From: Spirochaetota bacterium
Lineage (GTDB): Bacteria > Spirochaetota > UBA4802 > UBA5550
Assembly: GCA_029564515.1 (NCBI GenBank)
Contig: JAKQPV010000125.1
Coordinates: 28,287 to 92,286 of the forward strand
DNA: 64,000 nt
Reading direction: 5' to 3'
Of the stretch, positions 1 to 8,804 are shown in pieces. Positions within the stretch are counted from its first letter, which is position 1; each line of letters opens with the position of its first letter. Both the position numbers and the translations under genes were made by a program. The notes under the pieces are model-generated. The model had not been told where the DNA came from and searched no databases. It saw nothing but the letters and a program-made list of their open reading frames with translations.

Positions 1-1164
1 CGACGGGTCAAGGTTGAGCTTTGTGTTATGAACGAGGTCGGCCGTGAATTCGCAGATGTGTATGATCTTCGCCGAGCGCGCGTTGTCGAAGCGCGTCCCG
101 GTGACCGGCGACACCGGCACCTCTAGAAAATCGGCCGGACCGTTCATGGTGTTCATGTACTGGTGTATGACGCGCCACATGTGGCCGCACTCCCCGCCCA
201 TCATCCACTTCACGCGAAGCCGCCCGGCCTCGGCGTAGAGCTTCGCGTTCAGCCGTTTCATCAGCTCGTGCGACTGGAAAAGGCCGAAGTTGCCCCCCTC
301 CGACGCGTACGCGCTGAAGGTGTAGTCCAGGCCGATCTCGTGCAGCAGCATCAGGTAGCCGTAGAAGGTGAAGATGTGCGGCTCCGCGAAGATGTCGGCG
401 GAGGGAATAATGAAAAGCACTTCCGCGCCCTTCCGGTTTATGGACGGCTCGATCGTGATGCCGGTCAGGTCCTTTATCTCGTCCGCGGCGAACTCGATGT
501 TGTCCCGGAAGGTGTGGGGCTGTATGCCCAGGTGATTCCCGGTCCGGAAGCAATTGGACGCGGGCTCGATGATCCAGTTGATGTTGACGCCGACCAGGTT
601 CAGGAGCTCGCGGCCCATCATGGTGATCTCGGCCGTGTCGATGCCGTAGGGGCAGTAGATCGAGCAGCGGCGGCACTCGGTGCACTGGTAGAAATAATAG
701 AACCATTCTTTGAGCACGTCTTCCGTCAGGTCGCGCGCCCCCGCCAGTTTTCCGAAAAGCTTTCCCGACAGGGTGAAGTAGCGCCGGTACACGGAGCGGA
801 GGAGCTCCGCCCGCAGCACGGGCATGTTCTTCGGGTCGCCCGAGCCCAGGAAAAAATGGCACTTGTCGGCGCACGCGCCGCAGCGCACGCATATGTCGAG
901 AAAGAGCTTCAGGGAGCGGAACCGCCCGAGCCGCTCGCGCATCCCGCCGACGATGATCTCTTTCCAGTTCTCCGGCAGCTTCCAGTCCTGCTCGTACGGC
1001 TGCCACTCCCGCGGATTGGGCAGGCCCAGGTACTCGACGTGCTTCTTCACGCCCGCGTGGCTGTAGGTGCCGGGCCGGAACGGGGCCGGCTCGTCCATCC
1101 AGCCCCTGCGCGGGGGGCGGTAATCGTATTGAACAAGCTCGCCCGGCTGTATCTTGATGGCCAT
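1..1164 (-). CDS. dsrK: DsrK, HdrD-like Fe-S subunit of the DsrMK(JOP) complex; C-terminal part lies outside the window
   Basis: Absent from the ORF track because it has no stop in the window. Own translation from ATG 1164-1162: MAIKIQPGELVQYDYRPPRRGWMDEPAPFRPGTYSHAGVKKHVEYLGLPNPREWQPYEQDWKLPENWKEIIVGGMRERLGRFRSLKLFLDICVRCGACADKCHFF..., later ...YQCTECRRCSIYCPYGID. These are two CxxCxxCxxxC motifs as in HdrD/DsrK. It starts 3 nt after the dsrM stop. Track ORFs 26..1006(-) and 163..1236(+) are off-frame shadows of it. Confidence 0.8.
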   Translation of the reverse strand, partial: MAIKIQPGELVQYDYRPPRRGWMDEPAPFRPGTYSHAGVKKHVEYLGLPNPREWQPYEQDWKLPENWKEIIVGGMRERLGRFRSLKLFLDICVRCGACADKCHFFLGSGDPKNMPVLRAELLRSVYRRYFTLSGKLFGKLAGARDLTEDVLKEWFYYFYQCTECRRCSIYCPYGIDTAEITMMGRELLNLVGVNINWIIEPASNCFRTGNHLGIQPHTFRDNIEFAADEIKDLTGITIEPSINRKGAEVLFIIPSADIFAEPHIFTFYGYLMLLHEIGLDYTFSAYASEGGNFGLFQSHELMKRLNAKLYAEAGRLRVKWMMGGECGHMWRVIHQYMNTMNGPADFLEVPVSPVTGTRFDNARSAKIIHICEFTADLVHNTKLNLDPS

Positions 1165-1166
1165 CG

Positions 1167-2156
1167 CTATTTTCTCTCCAGCTCGTACCCGGATGATTTC
1201 AGCTTCTCCGCGAACTCGCTCTCCCATTCCTCGTAGGTATGCGTTTTAACCGGGTAGTCCCAGGGATTGACGTGCCGCCGCGTCCGCGTCGTGTTGGCCA
1301 GGTTCCGCGCGGGCGAGAGAAACACGCCCGCGAAGTGCACAAGCTTGCCGAAGGGCAGGTACGCCGCGAGCGCGGATACCAGGAAGAGGTGCAGGTAAAA
1401 GAGCGCGCCCGCGCCCTTCGGCACAACGGGCGCGAAGTGGACCAGGCCAAGCGCCAGCGCCTTGACCGCGTTCAGGTCCTGCCTGAATACATGGCGCATC
1501 AGCACGCCGGTGACCGCGATCGCGATGATGAGCAGGAGCGGCAGGTAGTCCGCGGCAAGCGACAGGTAGCGGAGCGTGGGCACCGCGAGCCGCCGCCCGA
1601 GCAGGTAGGCCAGGGCAGCACACAGCGTGATGTCTGTCAGGTACACCGGCGGCAGCGCCGTCTCGAACAGGCCGTCGGCCGCCTGGAGCCAGGCGACCGG
1701 CGCGGGAACCGGCTCGGTGAAGAAGCGGAGGTGCCGGAGCACGACGGCGAGCATCGACCAGTGGAACACGAGCGCGCCGAGCCAGAGCCACTTGCTTGAC
1801 CCGTACGCGAGAGCCTCCCCGGCCCGCTCCGCCTTCATGTTGCGGAAGAGCGAGCGGAACAGCAGGACCTCGAGGAGCATACGTCCCCACACGCCCGCCG
1901 CGGTGGAGGGATTGTCGGTGCCCCCGGTCCGGATCCAGCCGAGGGATTTCTGCTGGCCGCCGGTGGCGGGGATGCGGAACGGCACGGGAGAGAGCCCCCA
2001 CCGGATAATTCTGTAGATGACGCCGCACAGGAACAGGCCGGCGGCCGCGTACGGCACGATGACCGCGAAGAAATAGGGCGCCCCGCCCCACTCGATCCCG
2101 GCAAGGGCGGCGGCGATGAGGAAGAGCATGAGCCCGAATGAAATCAGGGGGATCAT
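1167..2156 (-). CDS. dsrM: DsrM, NarI/HdrE-like membrane cytochrome b subunit
   Basis: 329 aa multi-TM protein (MIPLISFGLMLFLIAAALAG..., LVFHWSMLAVVLRHLRFF) of the nitrate-reductase-gamma type. It is immediately followed by dsrK and lies divergent from dsrAB. Confidence 0.85.
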   Translation of the reverse strand: MIPLISFGLMLFLIAAALAGIEWGGAPYFFAVIVPYAAAGLFLCGVIYRIIRWGLSPVPFRIPATGGQQKSLGWIRTGGTDNPSTAAGVWGRMLLEVLLFRSLFRNMKAERAGEALAYGSSKWLWLGALVFHWSMLAVVLRHLRFFTEPVPAPVAWLQAADGLFETALPPVYLTDITLCAALAYLLGRRLAVPTLRYLSLAADYLPLLLIIAIAVTGVLMRHVFRQDLNAVKALALGLVHFAPVVPKGAGALFYLHLFLVSALAAYLPFGKLVHFAGVFLSPARNLANTTRTRRHVNPWDYPVKTHTYEEWESEFAEKLKSSGYELERK

Positions 2157-2647
2157 TCCTTGCCCTCCGCCGCGCGAAGCATGCCGCCTCGCAGCTCCCT
2201 GACCCGCAGGCCGGAGATCTTTTCCCGCCGCTCCTGGTAGATGTCAAAAGCCATGAGAAGCAGCTCGTCAATGCGGGCCTCAAGCTGCGTGGCAGCGTCC
2301 GCCCCGGCAACCTCCCGCACAATTCCCCTGAGCGCGGGGATGAAATCCACCGCCCCGGACGGAGAAAAATCCTGCACTGCCCGGAGGGAGAGGATGTCAG
2401 TCAGGGCGCGGGTCGCGGCATCACGGTCAGAACCCGTACCGGGGTCAGAGCCTCCACCGGGGTCAGAGCCCTTCAGTACAAACAAGGCAAGGGTCTCGAT
2501 TGATTTCTTTATTAGTATTCCTGCCGGATTCTTGAATTGATTGGAGTTATTATTAAAAAAAAGGGCTGTTTCAGGCTGATAACTATCTATGACAGCATCC
2601 AGCCATTTCTGCACAATTATATTTTTTTGTTTAATTAAATCTTTCAT
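2153..2647 (-). CDS. Small conserved protein, possibly RsbRD_N-domain type, co-translated with dsrM
   Basis: 164 aa with plausible composition. Its stop overlaps the dsrM ATG (ATGA at 2153-2156). It has an internal GSDPGGGSDPGTGSD low-complexity linker. The family name is from memory of similar small genes upstream of dsrMK and is not verified. Confidence 0.55.
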   Translation of the reverse strand: MKDLIKQKNIIVQKWLDAVIDSYQPETALFFNNNSNQFKNPAGILIKKSIETLALFVLKGSDPGGGSDPGTGSDRDAATRALTDILSLRAVQDFSPSGAVDFIPALRGIVREVAGADAATQLEARIDELLLMAFDIYQERREKISGLRVRELRGGMLRAAEGKE

Positions 2648-2656
2648 TATTAGATC

Positions 2657-2756
2657 CTGTCATCGCGAGTGTAGCGCGCCTCGACTCCGCTCGGCAACCG
2701 TCTGTTCCCTGAGCGCAGCCGAAGGGTGCTTCGTCGCTATGCTCCTCGCAATGACA
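2657..2756. repeat. MITE-like repeat, copy A (terminal inverted repeats CTGTCATCGCGAG / CTCGCAATGACA)
   Basis: Aligns with 56964..57102. Shared blocks: ctgtcatcgcgag, gcgcgcctcg, cggcaaccg, tccctgagcg, cgaagggtgcttc, gctcctcgcaatgaca. It lies in the dsrM/dsrA divergent intergenic region. Track ORF 2589..2807 across it is not credible. Confidence 0.6.
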
Positions 2757-2845
2757 TATTGTTATCCAAATGTTTTTTTAATTGAAATTCAACCTCTTTC
2801 TTACTAACATCATACACTGTCGTCTGATTTTTGCAATAATTTCTC

Positions 2846-2887
2846 TTGACAGTTTTCCTTTAATCTTAACATAATGAATAGTATTCA
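2846..2887 (+). promoter_or_regulatory. Putative dsrA promoter (TTGACA 2846-2851, CATAAT 2870-2875) abutted by palindromic box TGAATAGTATTCA (2875-2887)
   Basis: Read directly from the sequence. There is an 18-nt spacer. The perfect palindrome ATGAATAGTATTCAT lies 49-61 nt upstream of the dsrA ATG. Confidence 0.4.
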
Positions 2888-2935
2888 TAAAATATATGGT
2901 ATTTAGTCAACTAAAAAATATTCCGGAGGTTGACC

Positions 2936-4102
2936 ATGTCCGACACCCCTCTCCTCGATGATCTTGAAAAAGGCCCGTGGCCGAGCTTTGTCAAAGAGAT
3001 GAAGCGCGCGGCGCTGAAAAGCCCGGCAGCAAAGGACCTGCTTGGCCTGGTAGAGCTGTCCTACAAAGACCGGGTAACGCACTGGAAGCACGGCGGCATC
3101 GTCGGCGTGACCGGGTACGGCGGCGGCGTTATAGGCCGGTACTCTGACGTGCCCGAGAAGTTCCCGAACGCGGAGCAGTTCCACACCGTCCGGGTCAACC
3201 ATCCCTCGAGCTGGTTCTACAACACCGAATCGCTGCGGAAGATCTGCGATCTCTGGGAAAAGTACGGGAGCGGGCTCACCAACTTCCACGGCTCCACCGG
3301 CGACATCATACTCCTGGGGACCCGCACCGAAAACATCCAGAAGTTCTTTGACGAGCTGGTAGAGCTCGGCTTCGACCTGGGCGGCTCCGGCTCCGTGCTG
3401 CGGACGCCGACGGGCTGCGTGGGGCCGGCGCGGTGCGAGTGGGCCTGCTTCGACTCGCTCGACCTGGTTTACGACCTGACCCAGACCTTCCAGGACCAGC
3501 TCCACCGGCCCCGGTGGCCGTACAAGTTCAAGATCAAGGCGTCCGCCTGCCCCAACGACTGCGTGGCGGCGATAGCCCGCGCCGATTTCACCATCATCGG
3601 CGCCTGGAGGGACAGCATCCGCATCGACCAGAAAGAGGTGAAGGAATACGCGGCGCAGGGCATGGACATCAAGGGGCTCATCGCGGACAAGTGCCCCGGC
3701 GGAGCGCTCGCCTGGGACGAAAAGAAGCGCGAGCTTTCCGTGAAGCCCGAGGACTGCACGCGCTGCATGCACTGCATCAACAAGATGACGAAGGCGATAC
3801 GGCCCGGCACGGACAGGGGCGCGTCAATCCTGATCGGCGGCAAGGCCCCGATCCAGAAGGGGGCGTTCCTCTCCTGGATGCTAATTCCCTTCATGAAGGT
3901 CGAGCCGCCGTATACCGAGATAAAGGACCTTCTCGAGAAAATCTGGGACTGGTGGGACGAGCACGGCCGCAACCGTGAGCGCATCGCGGAAACGATCGCG
4001 CGCATGGGGTTCAAGGAGTTCCTGAAGGCCCTGGGGCTCAAGCCGCTCCCGCAGATGGTCAAGCACCCGCGGTCGAACCCGTTCATTTTCTTTAACGAAT
4101 AA
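2936..4102 (+). CDS. dsrA: Dissimilatory sulfite reductase alpha subunit
   Basis: Siroheme/4Fe-4S motifs CVGPARC ... CPNDC, ferredoxin-domain CTRCMHC, and typical N-terminus [16 protein letters not shown] prefer ATG 2936 (GGAGG at 2925-2929) over the TTG at 2930 used by the track. Confidence 0.95.
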   Translation: MSDTPLLDDLEKGPWPSFVKEMKRAALKSPAAKDLLGLVELSYKDRVTHWKHGGIVGVTGYGGGVIGRYSDVPEKFPNAEQFHTVRVNHPSSWFYNTESLRKICDLWEKYGSGLTNFHGSTGDIILLGTRTENIQKFFDELVELGFDLGGSGSVLRTPTGCVGPARCEWACFDSLDLVYDLTQTFQDQLHRPRWPYKFKIKASACPNDCVAAIARADFTIIGAWRDSIRIDQKEVKEYAAQGMDIKGLIADKCPGGALAWDEKKRELSVKPEDCTRCMHCINKMTKAIRPGTDRGASILIGGKAPIQKGAFLSWMLIPFMKVEPPYTEIKDLLEKIWDWWDEHGRNRERIAETIARMGFKEFLKALGLKPLPQMVKHPRSNPFIFFNE

Positions 4103-4130
4103 CCCGCAGTAACGACAAGGAGGCGGAACA

Positions 4131-5198
4131 ATGGCGAAGAAAACAGATATCGGCCCCCCCGACTACCGGATGATGCTCCCGGAGTCGATCAAGGAAAATT
4201 ACGGAAAGTGGAAATACCATGAGATACTGAAGCCCGGCCTGATGAAGCACGTCGCCGAGTCCGGTTCCGAGCTCTACACCGTGCGGGTCGGGTCCCCGCG
4301 GCTGGTCAGCATTGACTTCATCCGCGACATGTGCGACCTGGCGGACCGCTACTGCGGCGGCTACCTCCGCTTCACCAGCCGCTACAACGTCGAGTTCATG
4401 ACTCCCGAGAAGAAAAACGTGGAGCCGCTCATCGCCGACGTGAAGAAGCTGGGGCTGCCCGTGGGCGGCATCGGCGACTGCATCTCCAACGTCGTGCACA
4501 CGCAGGGATGGATCCACTGCCACAGCTCGGCGACCGACGCCTCGGGCCTGGTCAAGGCGATCATGGACGAGCTCTACCCCTACTTTACCGAATTCAGGCT
4601 GGAGGCGAAGCTCCGCATCGCCGTGGCCTGCTGCATCAACATGTGCGGCGCGGTCCACTGCTCCGACCTGGCGGTCGTCGGCATCCACACGAAGCCCCCG
4701 AAAGTCAACAACGAGAAGCTCGCCGCTACCTGCGAGATCCCCTCGGTCCTCGCATCCTGCCCCACAGGCGCCATTCACAAGCACCCGGACAAGGACGTGA
4801 AGGGCGTGGTGGTGCGCGAGGAGCGGTGCATGTACTGCGGCAACTGCTACACCGTGTGCCCGGCCATGCCCCTGGCGGACGCGGTGGGAGACGGGCTGGC
4901 CGTGTTCGTGGGCGGGAAGGTGTCCAACGCGCGCAAGCCGCCGATGTTCTCGCGGCTCGCCATTCCCTTCATCCCCAACAACCCGCCCCGCTGGCCCGAG
5001 GTGACCGGGGCGCTGAAGAATATCATAGAGGTCTACGTGAAGGACGCGCGGAAATACGAGCGGCTCGGGGAATGGATCGAGCGTATCGGGTGGGAGAAAT
5101 TCTTCCGCCTGACCGGCATCCCCTTCACCGAGCACCATATCGACGACTTCACGGGAGCGACCGAGACGTTCAGAGCGACCACGCAGTTCAAGTGGTAA
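4131..5198 (+). CDS. dsrB: Dissimilatory sulfite reductase beta subunit
   Basis: 355 aa with [34 protein letters not shown] and [12 protein letters not shown]. It follows dsrA after 28 nt. Confidence 0.95.
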   Translation: MAKKTDIGPPDYRMMLPESIKENYGKWKYHEILKPGLMKHVAESGSELYTVRVGSPRLVSIDFIRDMCDLADRYCGGYLRFTSRYNVEFMTPEKKNVEPLIADVKKLGLPVGGIGDCISNVVHTQGWIHCHSSATDASGLVKAIMDELYPYFTEFRLEAKLRIAVACCINMCGAVHCSDLAVVGIHTKPPKVNNEKLAATCEIPSVLASCPTGAIHKHPDKDVKGVVVREERCMYCGNCYTVCPAMPLADAVGDGLAVFVGGKVSNARKPPMFSRLAIPFIPNNPPRWPEVTGALKNIIEVYVKDARKYERLGEWIERIGWEKFFRLTGIPFTEHHIDDFTGATETFRATTQFKW

Positions 5199-5210
5199 AG
5201 GAGGCGCGCC

Positions 5211-5414
5211 ATGGCTGACCAGTCGATGGAGGAGCTGAAACAGAAGATCATCGAATTTCTAAAAAAATCGGGGCAGACGAAGAACCGGGACGTTGCCGCC
5301 GCGCTGGGAGTGGAGAAACGCCTGGTGGACAACGCCATCGGCGAGCTGAGCAGGGAGGGGGTCATCGAGTACCTCTACCTTAACGGCTCGTTTATAAAGC
5401 TGAAAGACGCGTGA
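5211..5414 (+). CDS. dsrD: DsrD, small winged-helix protein of reductive dsr operons
   Basis: 67 aa (MADQSMEELKQKIIEFLKKSGQTKNRDVAAALGVEKRLVDNAIGELSREGVIEYL...). Its size, position after dsrB and K-rich helix pattern are typical of DsrD. Confidence 0.85.
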   Translation: MADQSMEELKQKIIEFLKKSGQTKNRDVAAALGVEKRLVDNAIGELSREGVIEYLYLNGSFIKLKDA

Positions 5415-5464
5415 GGCGGCACCCCGCCGCGCGCTGCGAATACATCAAAGGAGGAACGGACACA

Positions 5465-5782
5465 ATGGCGACAATCGACCTGAATGGAGTGATGATGGAA
5501 GTCGACGAGGACGGCTTCATCCAGGAGCCGGATAAATGGACCGAAAACGTCGCGAAGGCCCTTGCCGAGAAGGAAGGGGTCAGCGAGCTGACGGAGGCCC
5601 ACTGGAAAGTCATGAACTATCTCCGCAACTATTTCCTGGAAAACGGCATAGCCCCCATGGTGCGGAAGCTTACCAAGGAGACGGGGGTCGACCTGAAGAC
5701 GATCTACTCCCTGTTCCCGCAGGGGCCCGCCAACTCCGCGTGCAAGTGGGCCGGGCTTCCCAAGCCGACCGGATGCGTCTAA
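5465..5782 (+). CDS. dsrC: DsrC (TusE/DsrC family) with both C-terminal redox cysteines
   Basis: MATIDLNGVMMEVDEDGFIQEPDKWTE... ends ...NSACKWAGLPKPTGCV, with the penultimate Cys and a second Cys 10 residues upstream. ATG 5465 is preceded by AAAGGAGG; the track start 5411 is an upstream extension. Confidence 0.9.
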   Translation: MATIDLNGVMMEVDEDGFIQEPDKWTENVAKALAEKEGVSELTEAHWKVMNYLRNYFLENGIAPMVRKLTKETGVDLKTIYSLFPQGPANSACKWAGLPKPTGCV

Positions 5783-5795
5783 GAAGCGGGCCGCG

Positions 5796-7256
5796 ATGAC
5801 GGGACCGTCCGGCGCCAGGCCGGGCATCGCCGTGGGCGGCATGCGCGGCGGCTCGGGCAAGACCGTGCTCTCGCTCGGGCTCATCCGCGCGCTCACCCGC
5901 CGGGGGCTCACCGTGGCCCCCTTCAAGAAGGGGCCGGACTACATCGACCCCTCATGGCTCTCCGCCGCGGCGGGGGTCCCCTGCTACAACCTCGACCTCT
6001 ACCTTCTTGAAAACAAGGAGAACCTCCGTTCGTATCGCGACTCGAATCCCGGCGCCGACTGGGCCGTGGTCGAGGGAAACCGCGGCCTGTTCGACGGGCT
6101 TGACGCAGAAGGCTCGGCGAGCTTTGCGGAGCTGGTGAAGCTTCTCGACATTCCGCTTCTGCTCGTGATCGACTGCTCCAAGTCGAGCCGCACGGTAGCG
6201 GCCCTTGTGCGCGGGTGCGAAACCTTCGATCCGGAGCTTGCCCCGGCCGGCATCGTGCTGAACCAGGTCGCCGGCGAGCGCCACAGCCGCACCGTGGCGG
6301 AGGCTATCGCCCGCTACTGCGCGACGCCCGTGCTGGGCGCGCTCCCCCGGATGGCCGACCTCTCCCTTGACGAGCGGCGCCTGGGGATCGTGCCGACGGC
6401 GGAGCATGACGGACCGGATGCGGTCATCGAACGCCTCGCCGACGCGGTGGAGAAACATGTCGACCTGGCCGCGATCATGAAGATAGCGGAGTCGTGGAGT
6501 ACAAGCCCCGTTTACACCCCCGGCCCCCTCCGGCCTTCCCTCGACGTTGCGCGGGACAGGCCGGCCGCCTCCCCCGCGCGCGGGGGAGGACGGGATGGCA
6601 GCGGTCCCGTACGCCGCGTGGGCGTGGTACGCGACGCGGCCTTCCACTTTTACTACGCCGAGAACCTTGACGCGCTTGAGCGGCAGGGGGCGGAGATCGT
6701 CGCGATCAATTCACTCGCCGACGCGGCCCCGCCCGTGATCGACGCGCTGTACATCGGCGGCGGGTTCCCGGAAAACCACGCCGGGGCCCTGAGCGGCAAC
6801 GCCGCCTTCCGCCGCGCGCTGAAAAAGCTGATCGAGGGCGGCCTGCCCGTGTACGCCGAGTGCGGCGGGCTGATCTACCTCTCCACGGCGATCACGGTCG
6901 AAGGCAGGCGCTACCCCATGACCGGGATATTCCCGCTCGAATTCGAGATGTCCGACAGGCCGGTCGGGCACGGTTACACGCTGTTCGAGGTGGACGGGGA
7001 TAACCCCTTTTACCGGAAGGGCACCGCGGTACGGGGGCACGAGTTCCGCTACGCGCGTATCATCAACCCGGATGCGGCCGCGGACGTACGCACCGTGCTC
7101 GCGATGCGGCGCGGGGCCGGCGTGGGAGGCGGAAGGGACGGAATGCTCGTGAAGAACTGCCTGGCGGTATTCTCGCACACCCACGCGGGGAGCGCGGGCG
7201 CGGACTGGATCGTTTCGCTTGCCGGCGCGGTGCCGGCCGGCATTACTGCTTCCTGA
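5796..7256 (+). CDS. dsrN: DsrN, cobyrinic acid a,c-diamide synthase-like (siroheme amidase)
   Basis: 486 aa of CobB/CbiA type: GGSGKTVLSLGLIRAL, PFKKGPDYIDP, and a C-terminal glutamine amidotransferase part (YAECGGLIYL). It is located in the dsr operon. Confidence 0.8.
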   Translation: MTGPSGARPGIAVGGMRGGSGKTVLSLGLIRALTRRGLTVAPFKKGPDYIDPSWLSAAAGVPCYNLDLYLLENKENLRSYRDSNPGADWAVVEGNRGLFDGLDAEGSASFAELVKLLDIPLLLVIDCSKSSRTVAALVRGCETFDPELAPAGIVLNQVAGERHSRTVAEAIARYCATPVLGALPRMADLSLDERRLGIVPTAEHDGPDAVIERLADAVEKHVDLAAIMKIAESWSTSPVYTPGPLRPSLDVARDRPAASPARGGGRDGSGPVRRVGVVRDAAFHFYYAENLDALERQGAEIVAINSLADAAPPVIDALYIGGGFPENHAGALSGNAAFRRALKKLIEGGLPVYAECGGLIYLSTAITVEGRRYPMTGIFPLEFEMSDRPVGHGYTLFEVDGDNPFYRKGTAVRGHEFRYARIINPDAAADVRTVLAMRRGAGVGGGRDGMLVKNCLAVFSHTHAGSAGADWIVSLAGAVPAGITAS

Positions 7257-7866
7257 GCCCCTCGAGAAAGCTCTCTACCGCGTAATTGATAAGGTCACGG
7301 TACTTCTCGTTCCTGAGGATGGTTTTTTCCAGCTTGTTGAACTGTATCAGGCCGTGGAGCGTGCCCCAGAGGCAGAGGGAATGGTTCAGCGTGTTGACCT
7401 TCCTGAAATCGCCCGACCTGATGCCTGCCTCGACCGAGTCTATCAGATGATTCAGGACCTTGCCGCCGGTCTTGTCGATCCTGCTCTTGAGCCGCGCCGG
7501 GAACACCTGTCCGGGCGACGACAGGAAATAGGTTATGATGTCGTAATAGCTCTTGTTCTTTTCGCTGAAATCGACGTAGGCCGTTGCGATGGCCCTGATC
7601 CTTTCCGCGGGCGTCGCGGCCGCGGCCACGACCTCGGACACGAACCGGTTCAGGATCTCGAGCCCCTCCTCCTGCAGCGCGGCGAAAATGTCTTCCTTGT
7701 TATGGTAATAGAGGTAGATCGTTCCCACGCTCAGCTCGGAGAGCTTCGCGATCTGGTTGACCGTGGTCTCGTGCAGCCCCTTCTTGAGCAGCAGCGTCCG
7801 GGCCGCTTTTAATATGTGGTTTTTCCTCGCTTCCTTTTCCCGCTCACGTCTTTCTGTCGCGCCCAT
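7243..7866 (-). CDS. TetR family transcriptional regulator
   Basis: 207 aa from ATG 7866: MGATERREREKEARKNHILKAARTLLLKKGLHETTVNQIAKLSELSVGTIYLYYHNKEDIF (TetR HTH). Only this C-terminal part of track ORF 7243..8853 is credible. It is the last gene of the minus-strand operon, and its 3' end overlaps the dsrN 3' end by 14 nt (convergent). Confidence 0.85.
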   Translation of the reverse strand: MGATERREREKEARKNHILKAARTLLLKKGLHETTVNQIAKLSELSVGTIYLYYHNKEDIFAALQEEGLEILNRFVSEVVAAAATPAERIRAIATAYVDFSEKNKSYYDIITYFLSSPGQVFPARLKSRIDKTGGKVLNHLIDSVEAGIRSGDFRKVNTLNHSLCLWGTLHGLIQFNKLEKTILRNEKYRDLINYAVESFLEGLRKQ

Positions 7867-7889
7867 ATAACCGAATCCCCCCACATGTG

Positions 7890-8720
7890 TTAATGCGAGC
7901 CGGCATCCATGTCTATTTCCGATGCCAGCTTCCCGGCCATGATCTTCTCGTACAGCGCCGGGGCCAGCCGGTGCAGGTAATAGGTGATCCTGCCGACCGT
8001 CGTCAGGACAACGATGTCCTTCCGCGCTGCCGCTCCCCGGAACACCGCCTCCGCGACGCTGTCCGGCGAGTCCACCTTCCCCGCGGTCGACTGAGGGTGC
8101 GTCGTCACCTTCCCGTCCCCGCCCAGGGCCCGCGTCTGCAGATTCGTCTTCGTGAACCCGGGGCAGACCATCATGACATGCACGCCCAGCGGCTTCACCT
8201 CGGTGCGCAGGCTCTCGAAGAGCCCGTGCAGGGCGTGCTTGCTCGCGCTGTACCCGGTCCTTCCGATGAGCGGGCTGAACCCGGCCAGGCTCGATGTCAC
8301 CAGTATCAGACCCCTTCTCTCTATCAAGCTTTTTATGGCTGCATGGGCGCAATAAAGGGCGCCGAAAAAGTTGACGTCCATGACCCGGCGGTACACGGAG
8401 AGCTCGGTCTGCAAAAAGGGACTCCGCTGGGTGATCCCGGCGTTCGCCGCAAGCACGTCGATCCCTCCCCAGAGCCGGATGATCTCCTCCATGACGACCT
8501 CGCACTCGACCTGCCTGCTCACATCGCAGGTGAAGCCGGCAGCGTCGATACCCGCTGCCTCGAGCTCCCCGACCTGGGCGGCGACCCGCTTCCGGTCCAT
8601 GTCGATAACCGCGATCCGGGCGCCCTCCCTGCCGAAGCGGCGGCAGAGCGCGGCGCCGATCCCGCTCGCCCCGCCGGTCACGGCGACGACCTTGTTCTGG
8701 AAGGAAATTATATTTTTCAT
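7890..8720 (-). CDS. Short-chain dehydrogenase/reductase (SDR)
   Basis: TGGASGIGAAL Rossmann motif and catalytic S...YSASK. Confidence 0.85.
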   Translation of the reverse strand: MKNIISFQNKVVAVTGGASGIGAALCRRFGREGARIAVIDMDRKRVAAQVGELEAAGIDAAGFTCDVSRQVECEVVMEEIIRLWGGIDVLAANAGITQRSPFLQTELSVYRRVMDVNFFGALYCAHAAIKSLIERRGLILVTSSLAGFSPLIGRTGYSASKHALHGLFESLRTEVKPLGVHVMMVCPGFTKTNLQTRALGGDGKVTTHPQSTAGKVDSPDSVAEAVFRGAAARKDIVVLTTVGRITYYLHRLAPALYEKIMAGKLASEIDMDAGSH

Positions 8721-8755
8721 GGCATTTCACCTTACGTCCAGCCCCCGCCGTTCCA

Positions 8756-8789
8756 CCGATAGGTCCGCAAGCGCTTGCGGACCTATCGG
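8756..8789. repeat. Perfect 34-bp palindrome CCGATAGGTCCGCAAGC|GCTTGCGGACCTATCGG between the MFS and SDR genes
   Basis: Read directly. Its outer arms CCGATA/TATCGG are the same as in the 14-mer family at 43874, 43941, 46405 and 50941. As RNA it would form a roughly 15-17 bp intercistronic hairpin. Confidence 0.7.
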
Positions 8790-8804
8790 GAGGGGATGGG
8801 AATA

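Noticed and set aside
26-1236. ORFs 26..1006(-) and 163..1236(+), offered by the track for the first kilobase.
   Set aside because: Both are Arg/Pro/His-rich and motif-less. A third frame on the minus strand, open to the window edge, encodes a clean DsrK with two CxxCxxCxxxC clusters.
2425-2470. Tandem DNA repeat CCGGGGTCAGAGCC x2-3, which looked like a possible repeat array.
   Set aside because: It lies inside the 164-aa ORF and encodes the GSDPGGGSDPGTGSD linker. It is low-complexity coding sequence, not a CRISPR or VNTR locus. No CRISPR-like repeat-spacer structure was found anywhere in the window.
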